DNA of 64,000 bases from Elusimicrobiota bacterium (GTDB lineage Bacteria > Elusimicrobiota > Endomicrobiia > Endomicrobiales > JBDRNC01): positions 8,483 to 72,482 of the forward strand of contig JBDRNC010000020.1 of assembly GCA_043811535.1 (NCBI GenBank), in the 5' to 3' direction. This document shows, piece by piece, positions 61,789-64,000 of this stretch. Below the pieces are notes generated by a model. It searched no databases. It saw only the letters and a list, made by a program, of their open reading frames with translations, and was not told the DNA's origin. Made by a program: the position numbers and the translations under genes. The stretch's first letter is position 1. Every line of letters starts with the position of its first letter.

Positions 61789-64000
61789 TTGATTAAGATC
61801 AGGCATATTCTACCGGCTTTATTGCTGTTGTGGGTGTTGCCGCGGCCTCTTCACGCCGAGGCGACTAAACTTATTGACGACTTTGAGGCTAAAAGATGGG
61901 TGAATAAGCTTAACGGCACGATGGGCGCGTGGGAGAAATATCCTTTTGACACGGCGGAATACTGCAGAGCTTCGTTTGTTGACGAACCTTGGAACGGTCA
62001 ACCGAACACAGCTCTGCGTTTGCTTTATAGCGCGTATTTTTACGACTATAACGGTTACTTCACGAAACTTAACGGTTTTGATATTCGTCCCTACCAGGGA
62101 CTGGTCTTTTGGGCGAAAGGCGGCCAGGAATTCAAGCCGGTCCCGTTTAAAATAGAGATTAGGAATAATTACCATACCATGTTCTATTATGTTGAGTCGC
62201 TGACGAAGGAATGGCAGAGATTCACGGTCCCTTTCGATAAATTCGAGAATTACAGCAAAATAAGCGACTGGGATGAAGTAAACGAGATGGTTTTTGTCTT
62301 TGAAGGCAGAAAAACCAAGCCTTCGGGCGGAAGCCTTTTTCTTGACGACCTGACTTTGTATTCATCCGATGAATATTTCGAAAAGATGAACGCTGAAATA
62401 AATGACGAGAATGAAGCGAAAAAGAAAGAATTTGAGGAGATTTCGCATCTGCCCGAAGACGAGCTTCTGGATTTCATTCAAAAGAAAACCTTTGATTATT
62501 TCTGGTACGAGGCAAGCCCGGTGACGTATCTTGTGAAAGACCGGAGCACTCTTTCGTCATCGGCCAGCACGGGGGCGACGGGTTTCGGGCTGACGGCTCT
62601 TTGCATTGGCGTTGAGAGAAAATGGATAACAAAAAGACAGGCCGAAACACGCGTTGTGAAAACGCTTGAGGCGCTAAAGGATATGGTTGCGAAAGAAAAC
62701 GGATATTTCTATCACTGGGTCAAGTCCCATACGGGAAGGCGCGACGGCGTGTCGGAGGTGTCTTCCGTAGATACCGCACTGCTTATAGGCGGCGTTCTGA
62801 CGGTGCGCGAGTACTTTTCCAGCCGCAAGATCAGGAAACTAGCCGACGAAATATTCCAGGCGATTGATTGGCCGTGGATGTTCGGGATGGACCAGTCTTC
62901 GGGGACGCTTTTAATGGGGTGGGATCCCGAGTCCGGTTTTGACAAATATATCCGGTGGGATATGTTCGCCGAAGAGATGATGATGTATCTGCTAGCTCTG
63001 GGCTCGCCCACGCATCCTATACCGGACGCGTGCTGGCACGCGTTCGGGCGTCCGGTGAAGGATTACTACGGGAACAAATACATATATCATGACGGGGAAT
63101 CCATGTTTGTCTACACGTATTCGCACGCCTGGGTGGATTTTCGCAACAGGCATGACCAGTACGCGGATTATTTTAAGAATTCTCAATCGGCCATCAGGTC
63201 GAATTTTGAGTTTTGCAGGAATAACGCGGATAAATTCAAGACTTACAGGGAAGGTTACTGGGGAATATCCGCATCCGACGGTCCCCGCGCCTACGCCGGT
63301 TACGGAGCGGTTTACGGCATGCACGACGGGACTATTCCGCCGTACTCGCTTTGCGCTGCGGTGCCGTTTACTCCGGATATCGCGATTCCCGCGATAAGAA
63401 AACTGCTAGCCGAATACGGTCCGCGGGTGTGGGGTAAGTACGGTTTTGTCAGCGCATTCAACCTTGATCAGGAATGGTTTGCGACCGAACACATTGGAAT
63501 AGACGAAGGTATCATATTGCTGATGATTGAAAACTACAGGACAGGCTTCGTATGGAAGAAATTCATGTCGAATCCGTACATACAGTCCGGCATGAAGAAA
63601 GCGGGTTTCCGGCAGGGAGAAAAAGAACTTGATTTCGTGTACATGGAAGAACTTCAAAGGAATATGGAAAAAACCGAGGAAGCCCGGAAGATGCTGATAG
63701 GTAGGTTCTCTCCGAAGATAGACGGCGATCTATCCGACTGGGAGGGGAAACTGACTGCGTACGACAATAAGGGAGATCTTGAATACGGAGAGATATCCTC
63801 AAAAGACGACCTTTCGGGTTCCATCGGAATGGCGTGGGACGAGAATTACATATATTTTGCGGCGAACGTTACGGACGACAAGCTTATGGCTACGGAAAAT
63901 CCTGCCGAAATATACCGCGGAGACTGCATTGAGCTGTACCTCGATACCAAAACAAAAGGAAAGAATTTCGCATGGGGCGATCAGGAGTATTTTCAGATAG
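61789..64000 (+). CDS. secreted multidomain glycan-active protein, 3'-truncated by the window: CBM-like N-domain + (alpha/alpha)6 putative-glucoamylase/GH144-like domain + CBM9-like domain
   Basis: Not in the supplied ORF track because no stop falls inside the window. I translated the frame by hand from TTG 61789 (stop at 61771) to base 64000 and found no stop. Signal peptide IKIRHILPALLLLWVLP. FDYFWYEASP...STGATGFGLTAL...YHW...SSVDTALL...WGISASDGP matches my recollection of the PF10091/GH144 pattern. C-terminal KIDGDLSDW...MAWDENYIYFAANVTDD...GDCIELYLD is CBM9-like. Confidence 0.6.
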   Translation, partial: MIKIRHILPALLLLWVLPRPLHAEATKLIDDFEAKRWVNKLNGTMGAWEKYPFDTAEYCRASFVDEPWNGQPNTALRLLYSAYFYDYNGYFTKLNGFDIRPYQGLVFWAKGGQEFKPVPFKIEIRNNYHTMFYYVESLTKEWQRFTVPFDKFENYSKISDWDEVNEMVFVFEGRKTKPSGGSLFLDDLTLYSSDEYFEKMNAEINDENEAKKKEFEEISHLPEDELLDFIQKKTFDYFWYEASPVTYLVKDRSTLSSSASTGATGFGLTALCIGVERKWITKRQAETRVVKTLEALKDMVAKENGYFYHWVKSHTGRRDGVSEVSSVDTALLIGGVLTVREYFSSRKIRKLADEIFQAIDWPWMFGMDQSSGTLLMGWDPESGFDKYIRWDMFAEEMMMYLLALGSPTHPIPDACWHAFGRPVKDYYGNKYIYHDGESMFVYTYSHAWVDFRNRHDQYADYFKNSQSAIRSNFEFCRNNADKFKTYREGYWGISASDGPRAYAGYGAVYGMHDGTIPPYSLCAAVPFTPDIAIPAIRKLLAEYGPRVWGKYGFVSAFNLDQEWFATEHIGIDEGIILLMIENYRTGFVWKKFMSNPYIQSGMKKAGFRQGEKELDFVYMEELQRNMEKTEEARKMLIGRFSPKIDGDLSDWEGKLTAYDNKGDLEYGEISSKDDLSGSIGMAWDENYIYFAANVTDDKLMATENPAEIYRGDCIELYLDTKTKGKNFAWGDQEYFQI

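Overview
All credible genes in this 64-kb window lie on the + strand. I saw no rRNA, CRISPR array, transposase or integrase. Bases 1-31,600 hold an unusually complete, co-directional nucleotide-metabolism super-cluster: two tandem carB, nrdR-nrdJ, dcd, a guaB3-like gene, guaA, a DUF47/PiT phosphate-uptake pair, purC-S-L-Q-F-D-E, pyrR-B-C-K-D-F-E and purM-N-B. Bases 32,000-64,000 hold a cell-envelope/glycan locus. It contains a PocR-AraC regulator, three clan GH-A TIM-barrel paralogues, three PorV/PorQ-like outer-membrane barrels and a giant OmpA-domain protein. It also has at least 8 copies of a small CBM-like beta-sandwich family, two Wzy_C(O-antigen-ligase-like)+TPR membrane proteins, and a GH144-like/CBM9-like ORF that runs off the window end and is missing from the ORF track. 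Four tRNAs are present (Val-UAC, Asp-GUC, Phe-GAA, Thr-CGU), along with a small housekeeping block (suhB, ferredoxin, nth, a CheY-like receiver, DUF948, YtxH). The five most interesting signals are these. (1) A c-di-GMP-I (GEMM-I) riboswitch with its own promoter sits in front of a six-gene operon of uncharacterised secreted proteins that ends in a CTD-bearing protein plus a PorV-like barrel. (2) Intergenic spacers throughout the window are built from imperfect tandem 7-8-nt words arranged as long AT-rich hairpins (STRR-like), and the same words are inserted in-frame in purM, in the pyrF tail and in signal peptides. (3) A ~75-nt MITE-like family has a conserved core. (4) 63-nt inverted repeats bracket purN-purB. 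(5) Both tRNA-Val and tRNA-Thr are flanked by local tRNA-derived duplications. Class II RNR, DHODH-1B (PyrK/PyrD), ferredoxin and the outer-membrane genes suggest an anaerobic or microaerophilic diderm. The lineage cannot be assigned from the sequence alone.
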